Below, piece by piece: positions 19,258 to 30,277 of a stretch of 64,000 bases of DNA; within the stretch, counting starts at the first letter, position 1; each line of letters begins with the position of its first letter. The notes beneath the pieces were generated by a model, which saw only the letters and a program-made list of their open reading frames with translations, ran no database searches and was not told the DNA's origin. This DNA comes from an uncultured Gemmataceae bacterium (lineage in GTDB: Bacteria; Planctomycetota; Planctomycetia; Gemmatales; Gemmataceae), in the NCBI GenBank assembly GCA_963750165.1, contig CAVVPN010000011.1, positions 256,001 through 320,000 of the forward strand, in the 5' to 3' direction. The position numbers and the translations under genes are program-made.

Positions 19258-22014
19258 ATGAACGCCGAGCAGCTGCGACTCGAAGAGGCGCGGGAAAACA
19301 AGGCCCCCTGGAAGAAGTGGGGCCCGTACCTCAGCGAGCGTCAGTGGGGAACGGTGCGCGAGGACTACAGCGAGGGCGGCGACGCCTGGAACTACTTCAG
19401 CCACGACCAGGCCCGCTCGCGCGCCTACCGCTGGGGCGAGGACGGTTTGGCCGGTGTCTCCGACGACAAGCAAATGCTGTGCTTCGCGCTGGCCCTGTGG
19501 AACGGCAAGGACGCCATCCTCAAGGAGCGCCTGTTCGGCCTGACCAACAGCGAGAGCAACCATGGCGAGGACGTCAAGGAGTATTACTTCTATCTCGACA
19601 GCACGCCGACGCACTCGTACATGAAGTACCTCTACAAGTATCCGCAGACGGCCTTCCCCTACAGCCACCTTGTCGAAACCAGTCGCTGCCGCAGCCGCAC
19701 CGAGTTCGAGTACGAGTTGCTCGACACCGGCGTCTTCGACCAGGATCGTTACTTCGATGTGTTCGTCGAGTACGCCAAGGCGTCCCCCGAGGATTTGCTC
19801 ATCCAGATCAGCGTCCACAACCGCGGCCCGGAGGCGGCCGAGTTGCACGTGCTGCCGACGCTCTGGTTCCGCAATCAGTGGTCCTGGCAGGGCGTCACCG
19901 ATCGGCCGACGCTGCAACTGGTGGGCAACGCTGTCAAGGCGACCAACCACCACCTGGGCGATCGTTACCTGTATTGCGACGGCGACTTGCCACTGCTGTT
20001 CACGGAAAACGAAACCAACACGCAGCGCATCTTCGGCGTCCCGAACCGCACACCCTTCGTGAAGGACGGCATCAACAACTACGTGGTCAACGGCCAGCAC
20101 GGGGCGGTGAACCCCGAGAAAAAGGGGACGAAGGTGGCGGCGCATTGCCGGCTGACGGTGCCGCCCGGGGAGTGCCGGACGATCCGGTTGCGACTGACCG
20201 ACACCGCCCCCGCCGCCCAACCCCAAAGCAACGGCAAGCAGGGCGGCCCGTTCGGCAGTTCGTTCGAGGAGGCATTCCTGGCACGCCGGCGCGATGCCGA
20301 CCTGTTCTATGCGGAGCTAACCCCCGACGCGTTCGACGCCGACCAGGCCGATGTCTTCCGCCAGGCACTGGCCGGTATGCTCTGGAGCAAGCAGTTCTAT
20401 CTGTACGACGTGGACAAGTGGCTCGAAGAACGCGGCTCCGATCCGTTCAAGGAGAATCGCAAGCAGGCGCCGCGCAACGAGCACTGGCACCACATGTTCA
20501 ACGGCGACGTCATCTCGATGCCGGACAAGTGGGAGTACCCCTGGTACGCCGCCTGGGACCTGGCCTTCCACGTCACCGCCCTGACGCTGGTGGACGCGGA
20601 TTTCGGCAAGCAGCAACTGAAGCTGATGGTACGCGAGCGCTACATGCACCCCAACGGCCAGATTCCGGCCTACGAGTGGAATTTCGGCGATGTCAACCCG
20701 CCCGTGCATGCCTGGTCCACGATTTTCACCTACGCCATGGACGCTGCGCAGAAGGGCGCGGGTGACAGGGAATGGCTCAAGAACATCTTCCAGAAGTTGC
20801 TGCTCAACTTCACCTGGTGGGTCAACCGCAAGGACCGTGAGGGGCGGAACGTGTTTGAGGGGGGCTTCCTGGGCCTGGACAACATCGGTGTCTTCGACCG
20901 CAGCGCCCCGCTGCCAACGGGCGGCTTCCTCGAGCAGGCCGACGGCACCGCCTGGATGTGCCTGTTTTGTGAGAACATGCTGCAGATCGCCACCACCCTG
21001 GCCCGGACCGATCCGGACTACCTCGACATGGCGCTCAAGTTTACCCAGCATTTCCTGTGGATCGCGTCGTCAATGGCGAAGGTGGGCGGAGGCACCGGCA
21101 TGTGGGATGAAGAAGACGGCTTCTTCTACGACGTGCTGCGCCTGCCCAACGGCCAGGCCCAGCGGCTCAAGGTGCGGTCGATGGTGGGCCTCTTGCCGCT
21201 GTGCGCCGCCACGGTCTTCGACGGCGTGCTGCTGAAGCAAATGCCGGAAATGCAGGAACGCCTGGCGGCCTTCATCAGGGCGCGTCCGGAAATCGTGGCC
21301 TCGATCCATCCCCCGGACAAACTGGGCGTTGCCGGCCGCCACCTCGCCTCCATTCTCGACGAAACCAAGCTCCGCCGCGTCCTGGCCAAAATGCTCGACG
21401 AGAACGAATTCCTCAGCGCCTTTGGCATCCGCTCACTGTCGCGTTATCACGCGGACCATCCGTTCATCTTCCACGCGGGCGGTCAGGACTATCGGGTGGA
21501 CTACCTGCCGGCCGAATCCGACACCGGTATGTTCGGAGGCAACTCCAACTGGCGCGGCCCCATCTGGATGCCGGTCAACGCCCTGATCGTCCGCGCCCTG
21601 ATGAATTACTACACCTACTTCGGTGACGATTTCAAAGTGGAATGCCCGACCGGTTCCGGCCGCTTGATGACGCTGTATCAGGTGGCTGCGGAGATCACGC
21701 GCCGGCTGGCGAGCATCTTCCTCAAAGATAAGGACGGCCGGCGGCCGGTCTACGGCGGCACGCGGAAGTTCCAGGATGACCCGCACTGGCGCGACCTGAT
21801 CCTCTTCTACGAATACTTCCACGGCGACAACGGCGCCGGCCTCGGCGCCAGCCATCAAACCGGCTGGACCGGCGTCGTCGCCCGTCTCATGCATCTGTTC
21901 GCGACCTACACCCCCGAACAGCTGCTCTACGCCGGCTTAAAACCCGTGGCGACCGAGGAGCAAAATTCGCAGGCCGGCGAGCTGGCTGGCGTCGGGCCGA
22001 GCACTGCCAGATGA
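19258..22014 (+). CDS. GH63/MGH1-like glycoside hydrolase (glucosidase)
   Basis: WGPYLSERQWGTVREDYS, MPDKWEYPWYAAWDLAFH, GGNSNWRGPIW, GLGASHQTGWT. Confidence 0.92.
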   Translation: MNAEQLRLEEARENKAPWKKWGPYLSERQWGTVREDYSEGGDAWNYFSHDQARSRAYRWGEDGLAGVSDDKQMLCFALALWNGKDAILKERLFGLTNSESNHGEDVKEYYFYLDSTPTHSYMKYLYKYPQTAFPYSHLVETSRCRSRTEFEYELLDTGVFDQDRYFDVFVEYAKASPEDLLIQISVHNRGPEAAELHVLPTLWFRNQWSWQGVTDRPTLQLVGNAVKATNHHLGDRYLYCDGDLPLLFTENETNTQRIFGVPNRTPFVKDGINNYVVNGQHGAVNPEKKGTKVAAHCRLTVPPGECRTIRLRLTDTAPAAQPQSNGKQGGPFGSSFEEAFLARRRDADLFYAELTPDAFDADQADVFRQALAGMLWSKQFYLYDVDKWLEERGSDPFKENRKQAPRNEHWHHMFNGDVISMPDKWEYPWYAAWDLAFHVTALTLVDADFGKQQLKLMVRERYMHPNGQIPAYEWNFGDVNPPVHAWSTIFTYAMDAAQKGAGDREWLKNIFQKLLLNFTWWVNRKDREGRNVFEGGFLGLDNIGVFDRSAPLPTGGFLEQADGTAWMCLFCENMLQIATTLARTDPDYLDMALKFTQHFLWIASSMAKVGGGTGMWDEEDGFFYDVLRLPNGQAQRLKVRSMVGLLPLCAATVFDGVLLKQMPEMQERLAAFIRARPEIVASIHPPDKLGVAGRHLASILDETKLRRVLAKMLDENEFLSAFGIRSLSRYHADHPFIFHAGGQDYRVDYLPAESDTGMFGGNSNWRGPIWMPVNALIVRALMNYYTYFGDDFKVECPTGSGRLMTLYQVAAEITRRLASIFLKDKDGRRPVYGGTRKFQDDPHWRDLILFYEYFHGDNGAGLGASHQTGWTGVVARLMHLFATYTPEQLLYAGLKPVATEEQNSQAGELAGVGPSTAR

Positions 22015-22036
22015 CCGGCAGGACGGGAGGGCCATC

Positions 22037-22825
22037 GTGCATAGCGGACCAGTGGACTTCGTGCCGCTCTGGCTGCTCTTCCTGGTGGGCTGTGGTTTCG
22101 CCTGGCTCGCCGTGGAGGGTGGCTATCGGTTCGGCAAGTGGCGGCACGCGCGCTCCGCCGAGGAAAAGGAGACACCGGTTGGCGCCATGGTGGGGTCCGT
22201 GCTTGGCCTGCTGGCGTTCCTGCTCGCCTTCGTGTTCGGGCTGGCGGCCAACCGCTACGACGCGCACCGCCAAACCGTCCTTGAGGAGGCCAATGCCATC
22301 GGCACGACTTACCTGCGCGCACGCCTGCTGCCCGAACCGCAGCGGTCCGAGGTCTCCCGGTTGTTGCGGGAATACGTGGACGTGCGCGTGCGCGCCGCCC
22401 AGGATCTCAAGGTGGCGGAGGCCATCACGCGCTCGGAAGAACTACAGGAAAAGCTGTGGGTGGAAGCGACCCGGGCGGCGGAGAACAAGAACTCCAACGC
22501 CGTAATGACGAGTCTCTTCGTCCGATCGTTGAACGACACGATCGACCTGCACTCCAAGCGCATTTTTGTTGGGTTGCGTAGCCGTATCCCCATGGCCATC
22601 TGGGTGTGCCTGTTCGCCCTGGCCCTGCTCGGCATGGCCTCCGTGGGCTACCAGGCCGGATTGTCGGCGACCCGACGTTCCCCGGCCATGGTGGGCCTGG
22701 TGCTGGCCTTCGCGGGGGTGATTTACCTCATCGCGGACCTGGATCGCCCGGGCGAAGGGTTTCTGAGGACGAGTCAGGAAGCGATGCTGGATTTGCAGCG
22801 GAGCCTGAACGCGACCAAACCTTGA
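22037..22825 (+). CDS. DUF4239/bestrophin-like membrane protein
   Basis: GLLAFLLAFVF...RYD...EEANAIGTTYLRA and IADLDRPGEG; 4 TM segments. Confidence 0.75.
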   Translation: MHSGPVDFVPLWLLFLVGCGFAWLAVEGGYRFGKWRHARSAEEKETPVGAMVGSVLGLLAFLLAFVFGLAANRYDAHRQTVLEEANAIGTTYLRARLLPEPQRSEVSRLLREYVDVRVRAAQDLKVAEAITRSEELQEKLWVEATRAAENKNSNAVMTSLFVRSLNDTIDLHSKRIFVGLRSRIPMAIWVCLFALALLGMASVGYQAGLSATRRSPAMVGLVLAFAGVIYLIADLDRPGEGFLRTSQEAMLDLQRSLNATKP

Positions 22826-22861
22826 CCCGGGCAAACGCTCGGGAAGGAGGGCGAACCCGCC

Positions 22862-23764
22862 GTGGATACCGCTGCTCTGGTCACCCTCCTGAACGTGACG
22901 GCACTTGTGACGATCATGTTGGCGATGGGCCTGCAGGTGAAGTTCGAGGCCGTGACGGCATCCGTTCGGCCAGTGCATCGGGTCGCGCTGGGCCTGGCCG
23001 CCAATTACGCGCTGGTGCCGGCGGTCACGGTCGGCCTGCTGCTCCTGTTCCAGACGGCGCCGCTGGTCTCCGCGGGCTTTCTCATCCTGGCGGTCTGCCC
23101 CGGCGCCCCGGTCGGCCCGCTGGCGACGACGCTCGCCCGGGGCAACGTGCCGTGGTCCATCGGTATGATGGTGATCCTGGCCAGCCTGTCCGCGGTCCTG
23201 TCGCCGGCCTTGCTCGGCGTCCTGCTCACCTGGCTCGCGCCGGAAAGCAAGACGCTGAACATCGATTACCTGGCGATCATGCGCACCTTGATGGTCGCGC
23301 AACTGCTGCCGCTGGCGGCCGGGTTGGCCATCCACCACTGGGCGCCGCGGCTCACGGAGAAGGTGGCCAGACCGATCAACCTGGTCGCCAACGTGATGTT
23401 GCTGGTGTTGATCGGCTTGATCCTGGCCACGCAATACCAGACCCTGGCCGCCATCCGGTTGCGGGGGTGGACGGGAATGAGTCTGCTCTTCCTCGCCAGT
23501 CTTGGCATCGGTTGGTTGTGCGGGGGGACCGAGGTCGCGATCCGCAAAGCCCTGGCCGTGACGACGGCCGGGCGCAACGCCGCCGTGGGACTGGTGATTG
23601 TCACCCGTAATTTCGCGGACACGGCGGCCGTCACCGCGGTGGTGGCCTACGCCCTCATGTCGATCGTCGGCACGTTTGTTGGCGCCGCGTTGCTGGGCAA
23701 ATACGTCGGCGCGGTCGCTCAGCGCGAGCAGCTGGAGAAGGATCCCGTCAGTTCGCCTGGATAG
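22862..23764 (+). CDS. Bile acid:sodium symporter family transporter
   Basis: Multi-TM; ANYALVP, AVCPGAP, GRNAAVGL motifs; AGGAGG RBS. Confidence 0.85.
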   Translation: MDTAALVTLLNVTALVTIMLAMGLQVKFEAVTASVRPVHRVALGLAANYALVPAVTVGLLLLFQTAPLVSAGFLILAVCPGAPVGPLATTLARGNVPWSIGMMVILASLSAVLSPALLGVLLTWLAPESKTLNIDYLAIMRTLMVAQLLPLAAGLAIHHWAPRLTEKVARPINLVANVMLLVLIGLILATQYQTLAAIRLRGWTGMSLLFLASLGIGWLCGGTEVAIRKALAVTTAGRNAAVGLVIVTRNFADTAAVTAVVAYALMSIVGTFVGAALLGKYVGAVAQREQLEKDPVSSPG

Positions 23765-23879
23765 GGAGGATCGGCTGATTTTCCTTCGCCCCCGTATCGG
23801 AGAGCGCCAGCGCGCGACAGGGTGGTCTGATTCCACAGGTTTACCGGGGCACAGCCCTGGCCATGCGACGGTGACTACC

Positions 23880-26438
23880 ATGAAAACGATTGGCCTCGCC
23901 CTTTCCGGGGGCGGCTTCCGGGCCAGCCTGTATCACCTCGGCCTGGTCCGGTTTTTGCGCGACGCCGGTATCCTGTCCCGGGTGACCCACATCACCGCGG
24001 TGTCCGGCGGCAGCATCTTCGCCGCCCACCTGGCGCTCAACTGGGACCGCTACAACGGCTCGCCCAGCGAGTTCAACGCGGTGGCGGCCGAACTGCTGGC
24101 CTTCGTGCGCCTCGACATCCGCAACCGCATCGTCCGCCGCTTCCCCCTGCTGCTCCCCATGCGTTGGCCGCGCCGGTTGCTGGGGCTCTCCAACCGCAAG
24201 CTGACGCGCACCGGGCTGCTGGAATACCACTACGAACGCTACCTCTACGGCGACACCAGCCTGTTTGAACTGCCCGAGAGGCCGCAACTACACCTCCTCG
24301 CCACCAACCTGAGTGAGGGCTGCCTGTGCTCCTTCCACCGCGACGGCCTGCTCATGGTGCGCCGGCAGCTGGGGAACGGTTTTCGGGTTGACCACCTCCA
24401 CCTGGGACTGGCTACCGTGGCGATGGCGGTCGCCGCGTCCTCGGCCTTCCCTGGGTTTTTCCCGCCGCTCGAACTCACCGGCGCCGTGGTCGGCGACGGC
24501 ACCGGCGCGTTCGGCCGGCAGGCGTACACCGACGGCGGCGTGTTCGACAACCTCGGCGTCCGCATGTTCCGCTGCCTGGAACGGCCGCTGCTGGCGACCA
24601 CTTCCCTGTCCCAAGAGGACTTCGTCGATTACCCCGCGGTGGTCGAGGCGCTCCGGCAGGCCAGCAGGTCGTCCCAGGAAACACCGCTCCGCCGGCTGAC
24701 CCAGGTGCTGCTGGCGGGCAGTACCCTCCCAGATCGGTTGCTGCTGACCGACGGGGAAAACGGGCTCGGCCTGGTGGGGGATCTCCCTCCCCCGTCCGCG
24801 GCCGCCGCCGGCGATGACCCCCTGGTGTCCAGCCTGGATCGGGCCCTGCGCCGCCATCAGTTTTACCACGACCCCCTGTTTGCCCAGCTGAAGCCCCAGG
24901 ACTTCGAGGCGGAAGCGCTGCTGAAGGCCAGCCGGGTGGACGGCGGGGCCCTGAGCGCGGTGGATCGACTCTGGCTGAACAGGCACCTGCTCGAAACCGC
25001 CTTCCGCCAGGCCACGGGCCAGGCCTGTTTCCGCCGGCTCAACAGCGGACTGGACGGGGTTCTGGTGAGCGACGTGGGCAAGCGCATCGAGGTGCAGGGG
25101 AACCGCCGCGCCGGCGGCATGATCCGCACCGCCCTGCGGGCCACCGACATCCTCATGGATCGAGTCTGGCAGCTGGAGAGTGACATTTTCCGGGACACGC
25201 CCGGCTTCGTCTTCGCCCCGATCCTTGACGTGGTGGAACCGGAAGAGGACCCAACGGCGCTGGCCCCGGAAATCCAGCGTCAGGCCGCGCTGATCCGCAC
25301 GGACCTCGATCGGTTCTCCCTGCTGGAAATCAGCAGCCTGGTGCGACACGGTTACTGCGTCGGCCGCAAGGCCTGCCGGGCCCATCCCGACCTGTTCGGC
25401 ACCGAACTGCCGGGCCACGCCCCCTGGGATCCCGTCCCCGGCCCCCTGGGCGCGGAGGCCTCCACCGCGGTATCCGCCCGGCTCGACAAGGGACCGTCCG
25501 GGGTGCCGACGCCGATCACGGCCAACGCCCGCGCACTCCAGTCCTCGGCCGTCCGGCGCATCTGGAGCACGTTGCTGGACTACCGGGACTGGTCCTCCTA
25601 CGTCTACGTGCCCCTGCTGATCCCGATCCTCATCCTGGTGCCCTACTTCCTGGTCAAGTCCTACCAGCGCTCCCAACGGCTCAACCAGATCGTCGAATCG
25701 CTGGCCCAGGGCAGCCGGGACCTGGAACTGATGAGCCGCCTGCTCGAACGCGGCCCGGACGAGTTGTGGACCGGGGAGGCCGCCGAGGAAGTGAACAAAC
25801 TCGACGAGCCGGACCTCAAGGGGTTCGAGATCATCCAGGATTCGTGGATCACGGATTTGCGCAACTGGAAGTTCGGCGCCTCGGGGCAGCTCGATCCCGG
25901 CGGCCGCCTGCACCACTATCGGCGGCTGAAGGTCGCCAGAAAGCCCGACACCGCCGGCAACCAACGCTTCCGCTGGCGCCTGCTCGCGCCGACCCCCAGG
26001 CGGAATTCCGGTTCCCCCCGCAGCAATTGCAGTCGCGGTTGTATAAATGTTTTAACACCGAGAGCCAGGGATCCGGGGAGAAAGAGTGTCTCTGGGAGGT
26101 GAGCTTTGATTTTCAGAAGGTGCCGCCCGGCGAGTTCGTGGACCTCATCATCGATTACCACTCCTCCGGGAGGTTTCTGCGGTCGAGCGGGCACAGCATC
26201 TCCGTTCCGTTGAACGTCCGGGCGGACACCGCCGAGCTGACCACATGGATTCTGATGCCCCAGGGGAAAGAATACTCGCGCTATCGCATCATCCGGTATC
26301 CGGCGGCCAAGCGCGAACCGGTGGAGGACGTGCGGCGTGGTCACCGAATACCTGGCCAGCGACTCCACCGTCCTGGCCTTCAAATTACTGTCCCTTAAGG
26401 GCGGCTACATTTACGAATTGCACTGGAATTACAAGTAA
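23880..26438 (+). CDS. Patatin-like phospholipase with TM helix and C-terminal domain; two frameshifts (about 25995 and 26336)
   Basis: ALSGGGFRA, AVSGGS nucleophile, AASSAFPGFF, TDGGVFDNLG; frames join if one C is added in a C-run and one G removed. Confidence 0.8.
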
Positions 26439-26474
26439 GAACTGACAGGTTCTGGCCCACCAGGTCCAATCACC

Positions 26475-27956
26475 ATGAGCACCCCCCGTTATCCCGCGCT
26501 ATACCAGATCAACACGCGCGTCTGGCTGACCGAGCTGTCCCGCAAGCTGGGCCGGCCGGCGACGCTGGACGACATTCCCGACCAGGAACTGGACCGCCTG
26601 GCCCAGCTGGGCTTCGACTGCATCTGGTTCCTGAGTGTCTGGCAGACCGGCCCGGAAGCGCAACGAGTCTCGCGCAGCAATCCGGACTGGCGGCGCGAAT
26701 TTCACGAAACCTTGCCGGACCTGCGCGACGAGGACATCCCGGGCTCCGGCTTCGCGATCACCGGCTACACCGTGCATACCAACCTGGGAGGCGACGCCGC
26801 CCTGGCCAGGTTACGCGCGCGGCTGCGCCAGCGCGGCTTGCGGCTGCTGCTGGATTTCGTCCCCAATCACATGGGGCTGGGTCACCCCTGGGTGGAGAGC
26901 CATCCCGAGTATTTCGTCGCGGGGACCGAACTGGACCTGGCCCGGGCGCCCCAGAACTACACCTGGGTCAAGCGCAAACAGGGCGATGTGCTGCTGGCTT
27001 ACGGCCGCGATCCGTATTTCCCGGGCTGGCCGGACACTTTGCAACTCAACTACGCCAACCCCGCCACGCAGGAAGCGATGATCGCGGAACTCACGAAGAT
27101 CGCTGGGCAATGCGATGGTGTGCGCTGCGACATGGCCATGCTGGTGCTGCCGGACGTGTTTGAACGGACCTGGGGCAAGCGTGCCCCGCTGTTCTGGCCG
27201 CGGGCGACCCAGCGCGTGCGGCAGCAGGTCCCCCACTTCCTCTTCATGGCCGAGGTCTACTGGGACCTGGAATGGACGCTGCAGCAACAGGGGTTCGACT
27301 ACACCTACGACAAGCGGCTGTACGACCGCCTCCGTGACGGCCACGCCCGCCCGGTGCGGGAGCACTTCCGGGCGGGGCTGGACTACCAGGACAAAATGGC
27401 CCGGTTCCTGGAGAACCACGACGAACCGCGAGCCGCCGCCACCTTCGCCCCGGGAGTGCATCAGGCCGCAGCGGTCATCACGTTTCTGTCTCCCGGACTG
27501 CGGTTCTTCCACCAGGGGCAGTTTGAAGGGCGCAAGAAACGCATCTCGCCGCACCTTGGTCGTGGGCCGGACGAGCCCATCGATCAGGAACTGGGCAAGT
27601 TCTACCAGAAATTGCTGGGGGTGTTAAAGAACCCGACTGTTCGGGACGGCCGCTGGCAACTGCTCGACTGCGCGGCGGCGTGGGACGGCAACTGGACGGC
27701 CGACTGCTTCCTGGCGTTCGCCTGGCAGGGTTCGGACTCGGAGCGGCTGCTGGTGGCGGTGAATTACGCCCCGAACCAGAGCCAGTGCTATGTGCGGTTG
27801 CCGTTCGCGGACCTGGGCGGTGGTCAGTGGCGGTTGCGGGATCCGCTGCGCGAGACCACTTACGACCGGGACGGTAACGCTTTGCAAGCGCGCGGCCTGT
27901 ACCTGGACGTGCCGCCGTGGCAGGCCTCCGTTTTTGCACTGACCCGCATTCCCTAA
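26475..27956 (+). CDS. Alpha-amylase family (GH13) protein
   Basis: LLDFVPNH, DGVRCDMA, FMAEVYW, FLENHDE catalytic regions. Confidence 0.92.
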   Translation: MSTPRYPALYQINTRVWLTELSRKLGRPATLDDIPDQELDRLAQLGFDCIWFLSVWQTGPEAQRVSRSNPDWRREFHETLPDLRDEDIPGSGFAITGYTVHTNLGGDAALARLRARLRQRGLRLLLDFVPNHMGLGHPWVESHPEYFVAGTELDLARAPQNYTWVKRKQGDVLLAYGRDPYFPGWPDTLQLNYANPATQEAMIAELTKIAGQCDGVRCDMAMLVLPDVFERTWGKRAPLFWPRATQRVRQQVPHFLFMAEVYWDLEWTLQQQGFDYTYDKRLYDRLRDGHARPVREHFRAGLDYQDKMARFLENHDEPRAAATFAPGVHQAAAVITFLSPGLRFFHQGQFEGRKKRISPHLGRGPDEPIDQELGKFYQKLLGVLKNPTVRDGRWQLLDCAAAWDGNWTADCFLAFAWQGSDSERLLVAVNYAPNQSQCYVRLPFADLGGGQWRLRDPLRETTYDRDGNALQARGLYLDVPPWQASVFALTRIP

Positions 27957-28055
27957 GGAGGCGCCGACCAACAACTTCGTAGGACGGCTCTCCAGAGCCG
28001 TCCCGACGGCTCTGGAGAGCCGTCCTACTCTTGGAAGTTGTTGTTCGGCGCCTCC
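27957..28055. mobile_element. 99-bp MITE-like element with long terminal inverted repeats, TAA flanking duplication and a REP doublet inside
   Basis: TAA|GGAGGCGCCGACCAACAACTTC...GAAGTTGTTGTTCGGCGCCTCC|TAA; the left TAA is the amylase stop codon. Confidence 0.7.
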
Positions 28056-28094
28056 TAAACTAAAGTGATCCGTCGCCGAGGAAGGGACCCGTGC

Positions 28095-29555
28095 ATGACT
28101 GTCACGGACGCTGACATCTTACCGCCCATCCGCACGAAGATCGTGGCCACGGTCGGCCCGGCCTCGCGGGAGCGGACGGTGTTGCGCCGGCTACTCGATG
28201 CCGGCGTCAACGTGTTCCGGCTCAACTTCTCCCACGGCACCCACGAAGAGCACTCCGAGGTGCTCGCCGACCTGCGGACGCTGAGCCGGGAGTCCGGCCG
28301 GCACGTCGCCGTCCTGCAGGATCTGTGCGGCCCCAAGCTGCGGCTCGGACTGATCCCCGGCGACCTGGTGGAGTGTCCGCTGGGTGAGGAATTCAGCCTG
28401 GTCACCGACCGATCCCAGGACGGCGCCCGCGAGTTGACCTGCTCGTACCGCGAACTGCCCAACGACCTCAAGCCGGGCGAAACGATCCTGTTCGCCGACG
28501 GCACCGTGGCCATGACGGTGACCGCGGTTGGGCCGGGCCGGGCGCGGTTACAGGTGACGCTGCCCGGCCGGCTGCGGTCGCGGCAGGGGTTGAACCTGCC
28601 CGGCTCCGAACTGGCCGTGAAGTCGCTGACCGACAAGGATCTGCTCGATCTCGACTGGACCGCACGCCACGCCGAGGACGTGCAGTACGTGGGGCTGTCG
28701 TTCGTGCGCGACGCGGAGGACGTGGCCTGGCTGCGCCGCGAGCTGACGGCGCGGGCGTGTCCGGCGCGGGTCGTCGTCAAGATCGAGAAGCCGCAGGCGG
28801 TGGAGCACCTGACGGCGATCCTGGCCGCGACCGACGGCGCCATGGTGGCGCACGGCGACCTGGGCGTGGAGATGGACGTGCAGCGCGTGCCGGCCATTCA
28901 GAAGCGCGTCATCGCGCTGTGCAACCAGACGCACCGGCCGGTCATCACGGCGACGCAGATGCTCAACAGCATGGAGCACTCCAGCCGGCCGACCCGGGCC
29001 GAGGCCAGCGACGTCTTCAACGCCGTGCTCGACGGCACCGATGCGGTGATGCTTTCCGGCGAGAGCGCCGTCGGCGAATACCCGGTCGAGGCGGTGGCGA
29101 CCATGCGGCACATCTGCGCCGAGGCCGAGGCGTACCTGAAGGCGAACGGCCCGGCGGCGCGGCGCGTGTCGGCGTCGTTGTCCGGGCTGGTGCAGCCGAT
29201 CACCGAGGCCACGGTGGACGCCGCCTGCCTGGCGGCGGAGCGGCTGGACGCGCCGCTAATCGTGGTCGCCACCGAATCGGGACGCACGGCCCTGGCGCTG
29301 AGCAACCGCCGGCCCGCGGCGACGGTCCTGGCCCTGACGCGCACCGAACGGGTCGCTCGCCTGCTGGCGCTGTGCTGGGGGGTGACGCCGGTGGTGGCGC
29401 CGGACACGTCCGGGGCCGAGCAGGAGCTGGCCTTCGCCATCGACTGGGCGCGGGCGCGTGGGCTGGTCCACCCGGGGCAGCATGTGGTGCTGCTGCGCGG
29501 CGCCATGCCCGGACACGCCCGGAGCCGGGCCGTGCTGGCACGCGAGGTGGGCTGA
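28095..29555 (+). CDS. pyk: Pyruvate kinase
   Basis: RTKIVATVGPAS, FRLNFSHG, VKIEK, ATQMLNSM, PTRAEASDV, DAVMLSGES. Confidence 0.94.
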   Translation: MTVTDADILPPIRTKIVATVGPASRERTVLRRLLDAGVNVFRLNFSHGTHEEHSEVLADLRTLSRESGRHVAVLQDLCGPKLRLGLIPGDLVECPLGEEFSLVTDRSQDGARELTCSYRELPNDLKPGETILFADGTVAMTVTAVGPGRARLQVTLPGRLRSRQGLNLPGSELAVKSLTDKDLLDLDWTARHAEDVQYVGLSFVRDAEDVAWLRRELTARACPARVVVKIEKPQAVEHLTAILAATDGAMVAHGDLGVEMDVQRVPAIQKRVIALCNQTHRPVITATQMLNSMEHSSRPTRAEASDVFNAVLDGTDAVMLSGESAVGEYPVEAVATMRHICAEAEAYLKANGPAARRVSASLSGLVQPITEATVDAACLAAERLDAPLIVVATESGRTALALSNRRPAATVLALTRTERVARLLALCWGVTPVVAPDTSGAEQELAFAIDWARARGLVHPGQHVVLLRGAMPGHARSRAVLAREVG

Positions 29556-29772
29556 CGGAGCGTGCCTGCCGCGCCGTTTCAAGCGAGCGTTGCGGTTGTG
29601 CGCCCCCCATCTGCCCAAATGTGACAACCAGCGGCGCTACCTGGCGCACTACACCCCGCGGCAGCGCTCCAGTGCGACATTGTGCTGAGGTTGCCCGGCA
29701 AGCAGTGTTCGGGCGCGCCGCATCCTGGCGATCAGGTCAGTCGCGCTGCTTCAGCCGACGCAAGGCGGCTCT

Positions 29773-30116
29773 GGAGCGGTTCGCAGACGACTGTAGCGGT
29801 CGTGTCTTTCGCCCCGAAGGGGCGGGACCACTTAGCCCCGGGCAACGCCCTGGGAACCAGGGAGGCGACTGTTACCCTGCTTTCTTCCGTGCCCCGAAGG
29901 CGTCCCCAGGGCGTTGCCCTGGGCTGAGTTGTCCCGCCCCTTCGGGGCGAAGAACCCGCGACACCCGAACGCGACGTGTGAAAAAGTTGGCCCCCTTGGC
30001 AGTCTTGGCTCCCTTGCTCTGACAGCCGGCGTCACCGGGTGACGCGCCGTGCCGACAAAGGATGCAAATCTCGACCTATAAAAATGTTGGCGTTCTTGGC
30101 GTCCTTGGTTTGCAGC
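29773..30116. repeat. Composite repeat: GAGCGGTT shell end, GCCCCGAAGGGGC/CCCAGGGCGTTGCCCTGGG palindromic element (29808-29951) and two reverse CAAG-trimer motifs
   Basis: TTCGCCCCGAAGGGGCGGGAC...GTCCCGCCCCTTCGGGGCGAA; CGACGTGTGAAAAAGTTGGCCCCCTTGGC matches the 44.7 kb copies. Confidence 0.75.
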
Positions 30117-30277
30117 CCCCGGCCACTCGATGACCGCCATTGCCAACCGTCGCGCGGCAGTCCGCCGCCGCGACGCCTCCGCGCGGCGCTGGCACGGAAC
30201 CCTCGGATCGGGGTTCGTCGTTCCGCCTGCAGGCGGAACGACGAACCAGGACAGCAACCGCTGCTGGTTCGATTCCG

